From contig JAJYVH010000001.1 of the NCBI GenBank assembly GCA_021792095.1, positions 225,584-289,583 on the forward strand: a DNA stretch of 64,000 nt. Direction: 5' to 3'. The translations under genes and the position numbers were made by a program. Every line of letters starts with the position of its first letter. Position 1 is the first letter of the stretch. Origin of the DNA: Candidatus Micrarchaeota archaeon (GTDB lineage Archaea > Micrarchaeota > Micrarchaeia > Micrarchaeales > CABMGC01). Positions 1-9,681 of this stretch are shown here, one piece after another. The notes below the pieces were generated by a model. It did no database searches, was not told the origin of the DNA, and worked only from the letters and a program-made list of their open reading frames with translations.

Positions 1-1572
1 AAGTATCTTGTCGAAACGGCCGGGGCGCATGAGCGCAGGGTCGAGGAGTTGCGGCACGTTGGTGGCGCCAACTATCACCACATCGGATATCGTCTTGAAG
101 CCGTCCATCTCGCTGAGCAGCGTCGTTATGAGCTCCCTGCCGCTCTGGCTCTCCTGCATCTCCCTCTTGCCTGCTATGCTGTCTATCTCGTCGAAGAAGA
201 GTATGCACGGGGTGTGCTTCTTGGCGGTCGCAAATATCTTCGACAGGGTGCTTGCGCTCTCCCCTGGGTACGGTGATATCAGCGACGACGTGGACACGTA
301 GTAGAAGGCAGCGCGGATGTCGTTGGCCAGAGCCCTCATTATCAGCGTCTTGCCTGTTCCCGGGGGGCCGAAGAGCAGCAGCCCCTTTGCCGGGCTCACG
401 TTGTACGCCCCTGCAATCTCCCTGTGCTCGATAGGGGCGAGTATCGCCTCCTTGAGCTCGCGCTTCGTGCCCTCGTAGTTCACCACATCGTCAAGGGTCT
501 CCGAGGTGCCTCTTGTAATGTCCTCGAAAGCTACGCCGAACTTGCCGAGTATGTCCTGCTTCATAACGTCAAGGGCCTGCACCACGTCCACATCCGATGC
601 CTCGAGCACGAACAGGAATATTGGCGTCGCTACGAAGCTCACCACCACCATGAAATTTATGCCCGAGTGGTTCAGCAGGGAGAAGAAGAGGTAGGAGAGC
701 ACGAGCAGCGCGCCGAGCAGGCTCGACAGCGTGCCCTTGTACGCGTGCCTGCTCCTTATTGCGTAGCTGCTCATAGTGAAGGCCACGAAGAGCCAGACGA
801 GCAGCTGCAACACAGTGTACTGTACCTTGTACGCCAGCGCAACTGCGGCATAGTAGAACGCGCTGAAGAGGTTATCCACGGCCTCGCCGCTGAAGAATCC
901 GGCAAAGGCGCTGCTCCAGGCGCTGCCGAAACTGCCGAGCGTGGTTGGCGGGCTCGCGGCGGTCAGGTCGTTGACAAACGGGAGGCTGCTGAGCAACGCG
1001 TGCCCTTGCAATGGGCTGAACACGAACGGGCCGGAGACGGGCAGGTTCGCCATAGTGGATACTATGGCCACCACCACAAGCGCTACTGCGCCTATCCCGG
1101 CGCTCCTCTTGAAGCCGAGCGTCAGCACAGCGAAGACAAGGGCCGGCAGCTCCAGGTAAGCGCCCAGGTACGACAGCGGCAACACGCTCAGGGCCACGCC
1201 ATAGGAGATCGTCCTGTAATTCTTGTAGCCAAGGAACAGCGACGCGCTTATCGCCAGGGTGGCGATCCAGGCGAGGAGCGGCGCCTGGTATATTATCATG
1301 GGCAGCGCGAGCAGCAGCAGGGCCATAAGGCCGAGCAGAGGCTGGAGGAACGTGAAGGCGAAGACCACGGCTATGAGTATTATGAACAAAGGCAGGGGGT
1401 AGAACTGGAAGGCGATGCCCATGCTTATGAAGGCGAAGCTCGTGGCGAGCGAGTCGTGGAAATTGCGGTTGCTGACAAGCTGCTTCGCGTAATCCTTGAG
1501 CGCGTATAGCGAAAGCGGCGTAATCCTGCGCCCGAAACCGGCTAATCCCAATCCCTTCTTCGGCAAAGCCAA
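1..1572 (-). CDS. Membrane-anchored AAA+ ATPase (multi-TM N-terminus; runs off the window edge)
   Basis: Not in the ORF track because there is no stop in the window. Manual minus-strand translation from TTG at 1572 (GGTG SD) gives a long hydrophobic region, then Walker A LLFGPPGTGKT (~350-380), Walker B ILFFDEID and an SRH-like MRPGRFD at the edge. Confidence 0.85.
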   Translation of the reverse strand, partial: MALPKKGLGLAGFGRRITPLSLYALKDYAKQLVSNRNFHDSLATSFAFISMGIAFQFYPLPLFIILIAVVFAFTFLQPLLGLMALLLLALPMIIYQAPLLAWIATLAISASLFLGYKNYRTISYGVALSVLPLSYLGAYLELPALVFAVLTLGFKRSAGIGAVALVVVAIVSTMANLPVSGPFVFSPLQGHALLSSLPFVNDLTAASPPTTLGSFGSAWSSAFAGFFSGEAVDNLFSAFYYAAVALAYKVQYTVLQLLVWLFVAFTMSSYAIRSRHAYKGTLSSLLGALLVLSYLFFSLLNHSGINFMVVVSFVATPIFLFVLEASDVDVVQALDVMKQDILGKFGVAFEDITRGTSETLDDVVNYEGTKRELKEAILAPIEHREIAGAYNVSPAKGLLLFGPPGTGKTLIMRALANDIRAAFYYVSTSSLISPYPGESASTLSKIFATAKKHTPCILFFDEIDSIAGKREMQESQSGRELITTLLSEMDGFKTISDVVIVGATNVPQLLDPALMRPGRFDKIL

Positions 1573-1668
1573 TACACCCGTGGGCAGGCCCGGGCTCGCT
1601 CCCGGCCGTCGCCTACAGTTAACTAAACCCAATATCTATTAATATTCCTAACAGGTATGATAATGGCT

Positions 1669-1765
1669 CCCGCAGTAGCTCAATGGTAGAGCGCTCGCCT
1701 GTAGTTTGATACTGACGCACGAGTCAGAAAGCGAGATGTTGCTGGTTCGACTCCGGCCTGCGGGA
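1669..1765 (+). tRNA. tRNA-Tyr(GTA) with ~25-nt intron at canonical 37/38 (1705-1729)
   Basis: Acceptor stem CCCGCAG/CTGCGGG, anticodon stem CTCGC/GCGAG, GTA at 1701-1703, T-loop GGTTCGACTCC. Confidence 0.93.
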
Positions 1766-1799
1766 AACTAATTTAAGCTGCAGGTAGAGAACATAATAC

Positions 1800-1872
1800 G
1801 CCTTGGTAGTGTAGTGGTCTAGCATACGAGCCTGTCACGCTTGTGACCCGGGTTCGAATCCCGGCCAAGGCG
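1800..1872 (+). tRNA. tRNA-Asp(GTC)
   Basis: GCCTTGG/CCAAGGC acceptor stem, CT-GTC-AC loop, GGTTCGAATCC. Confidence 0.96.
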
Positions 1873-1898
1873 CTTGCGGTTGCGCAAATGGTGGAATC

Positions 1899-2402
1899 TT
1901 GCTGAAAGAAAGTCTCCTAAGGGTCGGGGCGGTAAGATACGGGAGTTTTAAGCTAAGGTCCGGGGAGGTAAGCGACACTTATGTGGACATAAAAGGCGCC
2001 ATAACCAATCCTGAAACCCTGGAGGAAGTGTCGTCGCTGCTGGCGAAGAACGTATCCGCCCCTAAGATTGCGGGTGTGGAACTCGGAGCTGCGCTCCTCC
2101 TTCCTGCCGTGTCCGCAAAACTAAACCTGCCTTTCGTGGTGATCAGGAAGGAGCAAAGGGCCCACGGAATCGAGGATCGTTTCGTAGGCAAAGTGAATGC
2201 CGGCGAGAGTATTGACTTGATAGAGGACGTGGTAACCACAGGGGGCTCTGTGTTGGAGGGCGCAGCGCTGCTCAGGAAAGAAGGCGCTATAGTGACGAAA
2301 GTGATCTGCGTCGTGGACAGGGAACGCGGAGGCGCGGAGCTGCTTAAGGAGAACGGGATGCAGTTAATTAGTTTAGTAACGCTATCCGGCCTGAAACGGT
2401 AG
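1899..2402 (+). CDS. pyrE: Orotate phosphoribosyltransferase
   Basis: G-F-L-SG-S-YVD motif and PRPP-binding LIEDVVTTGGS. Confidence 0.93.
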   Translation: MLKESLLRVGAVRYGSFKLRSGEVSDTYVDIKGAITNPETLEEVSSLLAKNVSAPKIAGVELGAALLLPAVSAKLNLPFVVIRKEQRAHGIEDRFVGKVNAGESIDLIEDVVTTGGSVLEGAALLRKEGAIVTKVICVVDRERGGAELLKENGMQLISLVTLSGLKR

Positions 2403-2551
2403 AGACGCAAACAAAGCGTTCTTTTTACGGGGTGGACCAGCCGCTCCCGAAGGCGTTCGTTACTCGCTTCCATTCTTCTTTATGCAGATAAATCAGTTGT
2501 TTGCATCGCTTTAAAAGAGTTAAACTTTATATCGGCTTGAGGGTGGTTGGG

Positions 2552-3073
2552 ATGGCCGAGGAATCAAGCACAGGAAGCGGACCTGGCAGGAGGGCGTACG
2601 CCGATTTTGTTTCTTTGAACGGTCGCATGTCGCTCACCGTGAAGGACATAATGAACGCGCCAGCTGTCTCGGTCACCGAGAAGACCAACGTGCGCGCAGT
2701 GGCCAGGCTGATGAAGAAGCACAACGTAGACTCTGTGATCGTCGTGGATAAGCACGAGACGCCGATAGGCATAATCACCGAGGGCGACATAGTGCACAGG
2801 CTCGTGCCCAGCTGGCAGAGCAGATGGTTCATCAAGGCGAAGCACATAATGAGCAAGCCTGTGATCACGGTCCTGGCAGACATAACGCTGGCCGAGGCGG
2901 TGAAGAAGATGAACGAGCACAAGGTCAGGAAGCTCTGCGTTGTGGACGGCGAGAACAAGACCGTAGGCCTGCTGTCCGCCGGTGACATAACGGAGAGCGC
3001 GGGAGACATGATAAACATGCTCCAGGAAGTGATACGCACCATCGACGCCGAGGGCATAGCGCAGCGGTTCTGA
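2552..3073 (+). CDS. CBS-domain pair protein
   Basis: Two CBS repeats (VKDIM...GIITEGDI; AKHIM...GLLSAGDI). Start placed at the ATG after GGTGG. Confidence 0.88.
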   Translation: MAEESSTGSGPGRRAYADFVSLNGRMSLTVKDIMNAPAVSVTEKTNVRAVARLMKKHNVDSVIVVDKHETPIGIITEGDIVHRLVPSWQSRWFIKAKHIMSKPVITVLADITLAEAVKKMNEHKVRKLCVVDGENKTVGLLSAGDITESAGDMINMLQEVIRTIDAEGIAQRF

Positions 3074-3075
3074 GC

Positions 3076-4491
3076 CTAGGCCGCGAAAGGCGCCAGGAGC
3101 ACTCCGGGAAGGATGCCCAGCACTATGGTCGACGCCGCAAGGAACAGCATGGCCGCAAGTATGGCCCTGCCCGGGTAGGCGAACGGCGACGTTCCCTTGG
3201 AGGAGTTCATTATCGAGCGCTCGATTATCCAGAAGAGCACAGCGCCCATTATCAGCACCGCCGCCAGCGGCACGACCCCGAACCTCCCGAACGCGTGCAC
3301 GGCGCCTGAGAACACCAGCAACTCCCCCACGAAGCCGGCCGTTAGCGGTATGCCTATGGTCGCGAACGAGCCGAAAATGAACGAATAGGCGAGCACAGGA
3401 GTGTTCCTTATCGCTCCCTTGAGCTTCGATATCAGCAGCGTGCCGTAGGCTTCGTCAAGCGCGCCGGCTACAAGGAAGAGCAGCGAGATTGCTATGCCGT
3501 GGCTCAGCATCAGGTACAGGCCGCCCTGCACGCCCAGAGTGCCTATCGCCGCTATCCCGAACGACGCTATGCCCATGTCCAGCATGCTCGCGTATGCTAT
3601 CGTGCGCTTGATGTGCACCTGCTTGACGGCGACAAGCGCGCTGTAGAGCGCCGAGAAGCCGAGCAGCGCGGCTATGTATATCGAGTAATCCGACGCCACG
3701 GGCAGCATCAGGAACATGAGCAGCAGGCCGTAGCCGCCGAACTTCGGCAGTATGCCCGCCAGCACCATGCTGCCTGTGGTTGGCGCCTCGGTGTACGCGT
3801 CTGCCATCCAGCCATGGAACGGGAACACGGGCAGCTTGATAAGGAACGCGAGCAGCAGCAGGGCCAGCGCGAGCACCTGCGTCCCCGCGGGTATGGAGAG
3901 CGATTGGGAGAGTATGCCAGCTATGCTGAACGTGTTCGGCGCCGTGCCCGAGTACACAACCATGACGCCTATCAGCAGCGCCAGGCTGGCCGCTATCGAG
4001 TAAACCAGGAACTTCATCGCAGCGTAGCGCCTGTCGTAGCCTCCGAATATGTATATCATGAAGAACATGGAGACTTCGCTGAGCTCGAAGAACAGGTAGA
4101 AGAAGACAAGATTGCCGGAAAGGAACAGGCCGAAAGCGGAACCGGCGACGAGCAGGAAGAGCGTGTTGTAGATCCTGCGCGACTCCTTTATGAAACTGCC
4201 AGCCGCCATGGCCGACGCGAGCAGCACTACGGCCGACATCACCACGAATATGTCGCTGTACTGGGTCAGCGAGAAGACCAGGCTTATGCCCAGGCTGCTA
4301 ATGTACGGAAGCGTGAACGAGAGTTGAGCGAACCCCTGGCCCAGGCCCGAGGCGACGGCGGCTAGCGCGAGCGCCGAAGCGAGCAGCGTTGCCGCGAGGA
4401 CCACATTGAACGAATGGCGCTCGGGCACCAGGAAGAGCGCTATTATCGAGAGGAACGGCACGAAGACGACTAGCGCAAGGAGAGGGATCAT
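3076..4491 (-). CDS. NuoM/MrpD-like proton-translocating membrane subunit
   Basis: Multi-TM protein with FFYLFFE and IKLPVFPFHGWMADAYTEAPT..S.VLAGIL.K motifs of complex I subunit M. Confidence 0.88.
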   Translation of the reverse strand: MIPLLALVVFVPFLSIIALFLVPERHSFNVVLAATLLASALALAAVASGLGQGFAQLSFTLPYISSLGISLVFSLTQYSDIFVVMSAVVLLASAMAAGSFIKESRRIYNTLFLLVAGSAFGLFLSGNLVFFYLFFELSEVSMFFMIYIFGGYDRRYAAMKFLVYSIAASLALLIGVMVVYSGTAPNTFSIAGILSQSLSIPAGTQVLALALLLLAFLIKLPVFPFHGWMADAYTEAPTTGSMVLAGILPKFGGYGLLLMFLMLPVASDYSIYIAALLGFSALYSALVAVKQVHIKRTIAYASMLDMGIASFGIAAIGTLGVQGGLYLMLSHGIAISLLFLVAGALDEAYGTLLISKLKGAIRNTPVLAYSFIFGSFATIGIPLTAGFVGELLVFSGAVHAFGRFGVVPLAAVLIMGAVLFWIIERSIMNSSKGTSPFAYPGRAILAAMLFLAASTIVLGILPGVLLAPFAA

Positions 4492-4562
4492 CTGCCCAAC
4501 TTGAGCAGGGATAGGGTTTGCACTTATTTAAAATGTGCTGCGCGCTGCGCCGAGGCGTGCGC

Positions 4563-4871
4563 TCAGTAGACCACGTCTATGCTGTCAGCCGGGAAGCCGA
4601 GCGTGACAAGCTCCTTCTTCGCGGCGTCGAGGTGGTCGCCCTGCAGCTCTATCATGCCGTTCTTGTAGGAGCCGCCGCAGGCGAGCCTGTTCTTGAGCTC
4701 CTTGGCAGTCCGCTCGAGCTCGTCGCCACCCAGGCCTTCGACTATGGTTATGAACTTCCTGAACTTGGCCTTTGCCTTGTATATCTTTATGTGGCCGGTG
4801 GACTCCCTGTCCAGTATGTCGCATACGCAGAGTTCCTTCGGCAGACCGCACTTTGGACACATCTCGGGCAT
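4563..4871 (-). CDS. sui1: Translation initiation factor SUI1/aIF1
   Basis: CPKCGLPKELCVC zinc motif and LACGGS..IELQGDH. Confidence 0.95.
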   Translation of the reverse strand: MPEMCPKCGLPKELCVCDILDRESTGHIKIYKAKAKFRKFITIVEGLGGDELERTAKELKNRLACGGSYKNGMIELQGDHLDAAKKELVTLGFPADSIDVVY

Positions 4872-5092
4872 TAGTTGCTGACACCTTTCTCCTTCAGGAG
4901 AGTGAGAATCTGCGCTACGGTCCTGCGCATCTCCTTCACCTTGACCTTCTTGCCCTGCACGCCGGTGGCCGCCACCTTCCTCTTCTCCACGCTGAGATCG
5001 AACTGCAGCTGCTGAAGTCTGCTCTTCAGCATATCGGCACTCATGCTCCTTAGATCCTTGATGCGCATTACGATACCCTTTTGCATTCCCAT
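4871..5092 (-). CDS. rpl29: 50S ribosomal protein L29
   Basis: KDLRSMS..EMRRTVAQILT; operon position. Confidence 0.92.
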   Translation of the reverse strand: MGMQKGIVMRIKDLRSMSADMLKSRLQQLQFDLSVEKRKVAATGVQGKKVKVKEMRRTVAQILTLLKEKGVSN

Positions 5093-5099
5093 ATATTTA

Positions 5100-5816
5100 T
5101 TACTTTGCGGTCTCTGGCTCCTTGGGCGCGTCGGCCTTCTGTGCTTCCTGCCTGGGCGCTTCGGGCGCCGGAGTCACGGGCTCTACGGCCTGCACTACTG
5201 CTGCCGCTTCCTTAGGCATGCCGTTCGCCTTGGGCTTGGGGCTCGGGAACACAGTGCCCGGCTGAACTATCCTCACCACTACCCCGATGGCGCCGTACTT
5301 GGGATACGATGCCACGTGCGCCTCGTCCACGAGCTTGACCACGTCGCCGGCCTTCGGTATGTAGCCAGACCTTACCTTGATCTGCTTCGCCTTTGCTCCC
5401 TTCGCTGCGAGCTTGCCAGTGGCTATTATCTCGGCACCCATGGCCCCGTTCTCCAGTATCGACCTGAGCGTGGAGTGCATAAGGCCCCTCGCGTTCGCGC
5501 CGCGCTCCAGCGCATCTGCTATGTGCCGGGCCACCAGCCTGGGCTCGAGCATCTCGTTCCTAACCTCGGCCACGCTTATCTGCGGGTTATCGACGTGGAA
5601 CTTGTTCTTTATGTCCTGCGTTATCGCGTCTATGGTCTGCCCTCCCCTGCCTATGACCCTGCCAGGGTTGAGCACGTAAACTGTAATCCTGGTTATCACC
5701 GGCGTCTTCTGTATGTCTATCCTAGAGAAGCCAGCCCTGACCAGGGCCTTCTCCAAGTACTTCGATATCTCGTGCTTCACGAGGGCATCTTCTATGAACT
5801 TCTTCTCGACTACCAT
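5100..5816 (-). CDS. rps3: 30S ribosomal protein S3
   Basis: KH domain PGRVIGRGG. Start reassigned to MVVEKKF. Confidence 0.95.
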   Translation of the reverse strand: MVVEKKFIEDALVKHEISKYLEKALVRAGFSRIDIQKTPVITRITVYVLNPGRVIGRGGQTIDAITQDIKNKFHVDNPQISVAEVRNEMLEPRLVARHIADALERGANARGLMHSTLRSILENGAMGAEIIATGKLAAKGAKAKQIKVRSGYIPKAGDVVKLVDEAHVASYPKYGAIGVVVRIVQPGTVFPSPKPKANGMPKEAAAVVQAVEPVTPAPEAPRQEAQKADAPKEPETAK

Positions 5817-5820
5817 CCGT

Positions 5821-6525
5821 TCACTTCGTTTGCGCCTGCACCTCCTGCGCCTTGGCCTCCTGCTTCGCTTCCTGCCTCTTTTCCTGCGCCTCCTGTCTCT
5901 TTTCCTGCTTCCCTTGCTTCCCCTGTTTCTCCTGCTTCTTCTTTTGGGCATCGGCCCTTGCCGCTGGCTTCTTGGCAGGTTCCTTTGGAGCAATCCTTTC
6001 CTTAAACCTTATGCCTTTGCGCATACTTTCGGTAAGCTGCTCGAGCTCCTTGCTGGCCACGCCTATCTCCACCTTCGCGTACTCGAGGTCGCTGTGCACC
6101 CTGGCCGGGAAGCCGTACCTGCCCCTGCCCCACGAGAGCGAGCCCTTAGATGGGTTGCGCCTCTCTATGTGCGTCTTGTTGGCTGACGCGTGCACCACGT
6201 AAAGCGCATCTGTGTCGAGGCCCTTGTTCGCTGCGTTGGCCATGGCGTTGAGCAGCACCTTCCTCGCCTCCCTAGCGGCCTTCACCGGATACGCGCCCTT
6301 CTTCCCGCCCAGCTCGTGCCTGGAGCCCAACCTCTTGTTGAACCTCTTGAACGGTATGGCGGTGCGCATGTCTGCAACGCGCTCCAGCAGCGCCACAGCG
6401 TCGTCCGCCTTCATGTAGCGTATCTCTCCGCAGACCTGCGTGAGGTCCTTGAAGCTCGCGTCTATGTCCTTTCCGTATGCCAGAGCTATGTCGTCCCTGC
6501 CTATGTTAATCGAGTATCTCAGCAT
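5821..6525 (-). CDS. rpl22: 50S ribosomal protein L22 with K/Q/E-rich C-terminal extension
   Basis: G.YPVKAA...LLNAMANA.NKGLD motif. Start MLRYS overlaps the S19 stop. Confidence 0.93.
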   Translation of the reverse strand: MLRYSINIGRDDIALAYGKDIDASFKDLTQVCGEIRYMKADDAVALLERVADMRTAIPFKRFNKRLGSRHELGGKKGAYPVKAAREARKVLLNAMANAANKGLDTDALYVVHASANKTHIERRNPSKGSLSWGRGRYGFPARVHSDLEYAKVEIGVASKELEQLTESMRKGIRFKERIAPKEPAKKPAARADAQKKKQEKQGKQGKQEKRQEAQEKRQEAKQEAKAQEVQAQTK

Positions 6526-6917
6526 CACTTCACCGCCAGGAACTTGCTTCCCTTGGTCGCCCTTATACCGGGCGCGGAGTGCAGCACGCGCTTGGTCGTG
6601 TACGCGAACTCGCCGAGCCTGTGGCCCAGCATCTCGGGCGTTATGAGGAGCTCCTTGAAATCCTTGCCGTCGTGCACAGCGAACTTCATGCCTATCCATG
6701 CGGGCAGTATGACTGCCTGGCGGGCGTGCGTCCTTATCGTCTTGCCTGCGCCCTGGACCTTAGCCTTCTCTATCTTCTTGAGCAGCAGCCTGTATTCCAG
6801 CCCCATGCGCTTGATGGCTCGCCTCTGCCTGGAGTTGACCAGCTTCGCGAAGTTGTCTATGCTGAGCTTCTGCAGCTCCTCGACAGTCTTGCCCCTGAAC
6901 GTGAACACTCTTGGCAC
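6525..6917 (-). CDS. rps19: 30S ribosomal protein S19
   Basis: RTHAR..PEMLGHRLGEF motifs. Confidence 0.96.
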   Translation of the reverse strand: MPRVFTFRGKTVEELQKLSIDNFAKLVNSRQRRAIKRMGLEYRLLLKKIEKAKVQGAGKTIRTHARQAVILPAWIGMKFAVHDGKDFKELLITPEMLGHRLGEFAYTTKRVLHSAPGIRATKGSKFLAVK

Positions 6918-6918
6918 T

Positions 6919-7638
6919 CTAACCCCTCTTCTTCCTTCCGACGCGCCTCGCCGCTATGTGGCCGACCTTCCTTCCTGGCGGCGCGTTGCGCGACACCATG
7001 CTCGACTTGCCCTTGTGGTGCTGCTTGCCTCCGAATGGGTGGTCAACAGGGTTCGACTTAACACCCCTTATCTTGGGCCACATGGCGTTTATCGCATGAT
7101 GAATATAATGACTCTTGCCCGCCTTCATTATTGGCTGCGACTGGGCTCCGCCCCCTGCAACAACGCCTATCTGCGCCCTGCACCCAGGATTGAAGTCCAC
7201 CACCCTCTTCGAGGGCAGGAGCACAGAGACGGAGTTGGGCGAGTGCGCGACTACGGTAGCATAGTTGCCTGCCGCGCGCGCGAGCTTGCCGCCGTCGCCA
7301 GGCCTGACCTCGACATTGTACACGAGCATGCCGTCGGGTATGTCGCTCAGCTGGAGTATGCTGCCTATGCCCAGCGGCTGGGCATCGCCCTCGTGTATCC
7401 TTGAGCCCACCCTTATGCCCTCACTAGCCAGGAGATACGATTCGGTGTTGTTCTCGTAAAGCACCTTCATCAAAGGCGCGCTGTGGCCCGGGTCGTGCAG
7501 CAGCTCCACCACCTCCCCGGTGAGCCTCTCTCCCTGCTTCCTGTTCGTGAACATGACGTCGGCCTTGAACGTGTTGGGGGGCTTCATGAATGCGTTCGTG
7601 CCCCTTCCTCTCCTTTGCTGACGCAGGTTCTTGCCCAT
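6919..7638 (-). CDS. rpl2: 50S ribosomal protein L2
   Basis: MGKNLRQQRRGRG; NPVDHPFGG. Confidence 0.97.
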   Translation of the reverse strand: MGKNLRQQRRGRGTNAFMKPPNTFKADVMFTNRKQGERLTGEVVELLHDPGHSAPLMKVLYENNTESYLLASEGIRVGSRIHEGDAQPLGIGSILQLSDIPDGMLVYNVEVRPGDGGKLARAAGNYATVVAHSPNSVSVLLPSKRVVDFNPGCRAQIGVVAGGGAQSQPIMKAGKSHYIHHAINAMWPKIRGVKSNPVDHPFGGKQHHKGKSSMVSRNAPPGRKVGHIAARRVGRKKRG

Positions 7639-7650
7639 TCTATTACCCTA

Positions 7651-7902
7651 TCACACCAGCTTCAGCTTCAGTGCTATGTCACTGGCCTTGAACTGCTTGT
7701 TGAGCGTTATGTATGCCCTCTTCCTGTTCCTCGGCTCGTTCATCACGTTGACCTTGTCCACCTTGACCTTGAATACTTCCTCAAATTCCTTCTTCACCTG
7801 GTCCCTGGTGGCCCGCGTGTCTACTATGTAAGTGATAACGTTGTTCCTCTCAATCATATTTATTGCTTTCTCCGTGGCCAGTGGGAACATCAGCGCATTC
7901 AT
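7651..7902 (-). CDS. rpl23: 50S ribosomal protein L23
   Basis: PLATEKA..KVDKVN..KRAYITL. Start reassigned to MNALMF. Confidence 0.94.
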   Translation of the reverse strand: MNALMFPLATEKAINMIERNNVITYIVDTRATRDQVKKEFEEVFKVKVDKVNVMNEPRNRKRAYITLNKQFKASDIALKLKLV

Positions 7903-8723
7903 GATATCGCCTTGAACGAGCGGACGCTGCTCGCTATGCCGTCCTTTACGGCCTCGAGAGCCGCCTCTGACCAGAGTGCGAGCCTCGGCTTGGCGCCCGG
8001 CGCCATCGAGGACACGCGCAGCTTGTCCACGCCAAGTGCTTCCACGCCCGGTATGTTCCTGCACGCCCTAGATACGGCGCTCGCGTCCTTAGCAAGTATG
8101 ACCACGCTGCTCCTGAAGTATCTCCTCTGCACCTTCCTCCTGCTGCCTACGGCAAGCCTTGGCGAGTGCGATCTCTCCAGGTCGTCAGAGATGCCGAGCG
8201 ATTTCAGCACGGAGAGCAGCTCCTTGGTCTTCGATATCTTCTCTATGTCTGAGGACACGACGAGCGGCAGCTGTGCGTTTGCCACCCTGTACTGCTGCTT
8301 CACCAGTTGCGCGTCTGCCGTTGCCGCCACAGCGCTCTCCAGCGCCCTCTCGTACTCCTTCCTGTTTATGCGCTCGATTATGGTCTTTTCCACGTGGTGC
8401 GGATGCGCGCGTCTTCCCTTCACCGAGGAAGGTATGCGCCTAACCGCCCCCATGGCTCCTTTAGCGAGCCTCTGCCTTGGCCTGGGCGGCAAGCCTATGT
8501 GCCTCTGCGTCCTGTAGTTGCCCAGCCTTCCTGTATACGAGGCCGACGTCTCCATGCCGGCGCCCAGATAGTGGCCCTGCGGCTGGTGGCCGAGGCTCTG
8601 CTCGGCGAGCAGCGCGCGCCTGACTATGTCTGCGTTGTATTTTGTATCGAAGACGCTGGGCAAAGTCAGCTTCCTGCCCGCGCTTCCGTTAGTTTGATAC
8701 ACCTGCGCCTCCACATCAAGCAC
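7899..8723 (-). CDS. rpl4: 50S ribosomal protein L4
   Basis: KGRRAHP, RINRKE, RNIPGV motifs. Confidence 0.95.
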   Translation of the reverse strand: MLDVEAQVYQTNGSAGRKLTLPSVFDTKYNADIVRRALLAEQSLGHQPQGHYLGAGMETSASYTGRLGNYRTQRHIGLPPRPRQRLAKGAMGAVRRIPSSVKGRRAHPHHVEKTIIERINRKEYERALESAVAATADAQLVKQQYRVANAQLPLVVSSDIEKISKTKELLSVLKSLGISDDLERSHSPRLAVGSRRKVQRRYFRSSVVILAKDASAVSRACRNIPGVEALGVDKLRVSSMAPGAKPRLALWSEAALEAVKDGIASSVRSFKAIS

Positions 8724-9681
8724 CCTGTTTAGAAGTCCTGGAAACGTAAAGCACGTTAGGAGCCTGCTCCTTGCCCCTGTGCCTTATCGCCTTCCTTATG
8801 CGCATCAGCCTCTTGGCGGTCCCTGGCAGCGAGCCGTCCAGAAGCAGGTATTCGTTGCGCAGAAAGCCGTAATTCAGTATGCCCCCAGCCGGCATGACGT
8901 CGCCTGCATCCTGCTCTGCGCCCACCTTGAGAACACGCTTGTTTAGCTCCGTCCTGTAGTTGAAGCCCATGTGCCCTGCCATTGGCACTCCGAACTGCAC
9001 CTTCGCCGGGTGCCACGGGCCGAGCGTGCCGACGTGCCTTATCTTTCCTGTCGCCTTGTGGTACTGCCTCGCCACACCGAACCTCTTGATAGGCCCTTCC
9101 CAGCCCTTGCCCTTGCTTATGCTTATCACGTCTACAAAGTCGCCGGGCTTCAGCATATCCTTGGCCTTGAGTTCGCTACCGAGCAGCTTCTCCGCGAAAG
9201 CGAAACCTGTTTGTGCGTCCTTGCCTCCGAGGCGTATCTCAAATCTGACAAGCTTCTTGTTGCCGGTGCCCAGCGTAGAAGCGTCGGCATAGGCCAGAAG
9301 CGCAACAGCCTCGCATTCGGCGACGTGCTTCTTCGCCTCATCGACGCTTACGTTCCTTGTTTCCTTTATCCCGAGTCTCTGCGCGGCGTTCTTGTCGTAA
9401 ACCTCGTAGGCCGGCTGCCTGTACAGGTATTTCTTCTTGTAGAGCCTCACGCCGTACACGAATGTCTTCGGGACAGCTACGAGCGTGGCCGCCCTGGCCA
9501 CCTCTTGTCCCTTCGTAGGCGACAGCGAGTCGTCTATCATCGACACATGGGTCATACCAGCCTTGAAGCCGAGCATGGAGGTCACCTCCGGCTCCTTGCT
9601 CTCGGGCCAGTGGCGCATTCTTGGCAGTGGCTTTTGGGCACGTCTGTGGTGCCAGAACTCCATTGAACCTCGGCGAGGCAT
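8716..9681 (-). CDS. rpl3: 50S ribosomal protein L3
   Basis: PRRGS, GFKAGMTH, KGKG..GPIKRFG, GTLGPWHP. Confidence 0.97.
   Translation of the reverse strand: MPRRGSMEFWHHRRAQKPLPRMRHWPESKEPEVTSMLGFKAGMTHVSMIDDSLSPTKGQEVARAATLVAVPKTFVYGVRLYKKKYLYRQPAYEVYDKNAAQRLGIKETRNVSVDEAKKHVAECEAVALLAYADASTLGTGNKKLVRFEIRLGGKDAQTGFAFAEKLLGSELKAKDMLKPGDFVDVISISKGKGWEGPIKRFGVARQYHKATGKIRHVGTLGPWHPAKVQFGVPMAGHMGFNYRTELNKRVLKVGAEQDAGDVMPAGGILNYGFLRNEYLLLDGSLPGTAKRLMRIRKAIRHRGKEQAPNVLYVSRTSKQGA

Noticed and set aside
424..1509. 361-aa plus-strand ORF, and many similar long ORFs such as 3499-4365, 6190-7404 and 30991-32214
   Set aside because: Antisense shadows of well-supported genes in a GC-rich genome; no motifs.
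2403..2475. Small RNA with a UUCG hairpin after pyrE
   Set aside because: Too short and weakly paired; the first part is explained as a hairpin plus T-run terminator.
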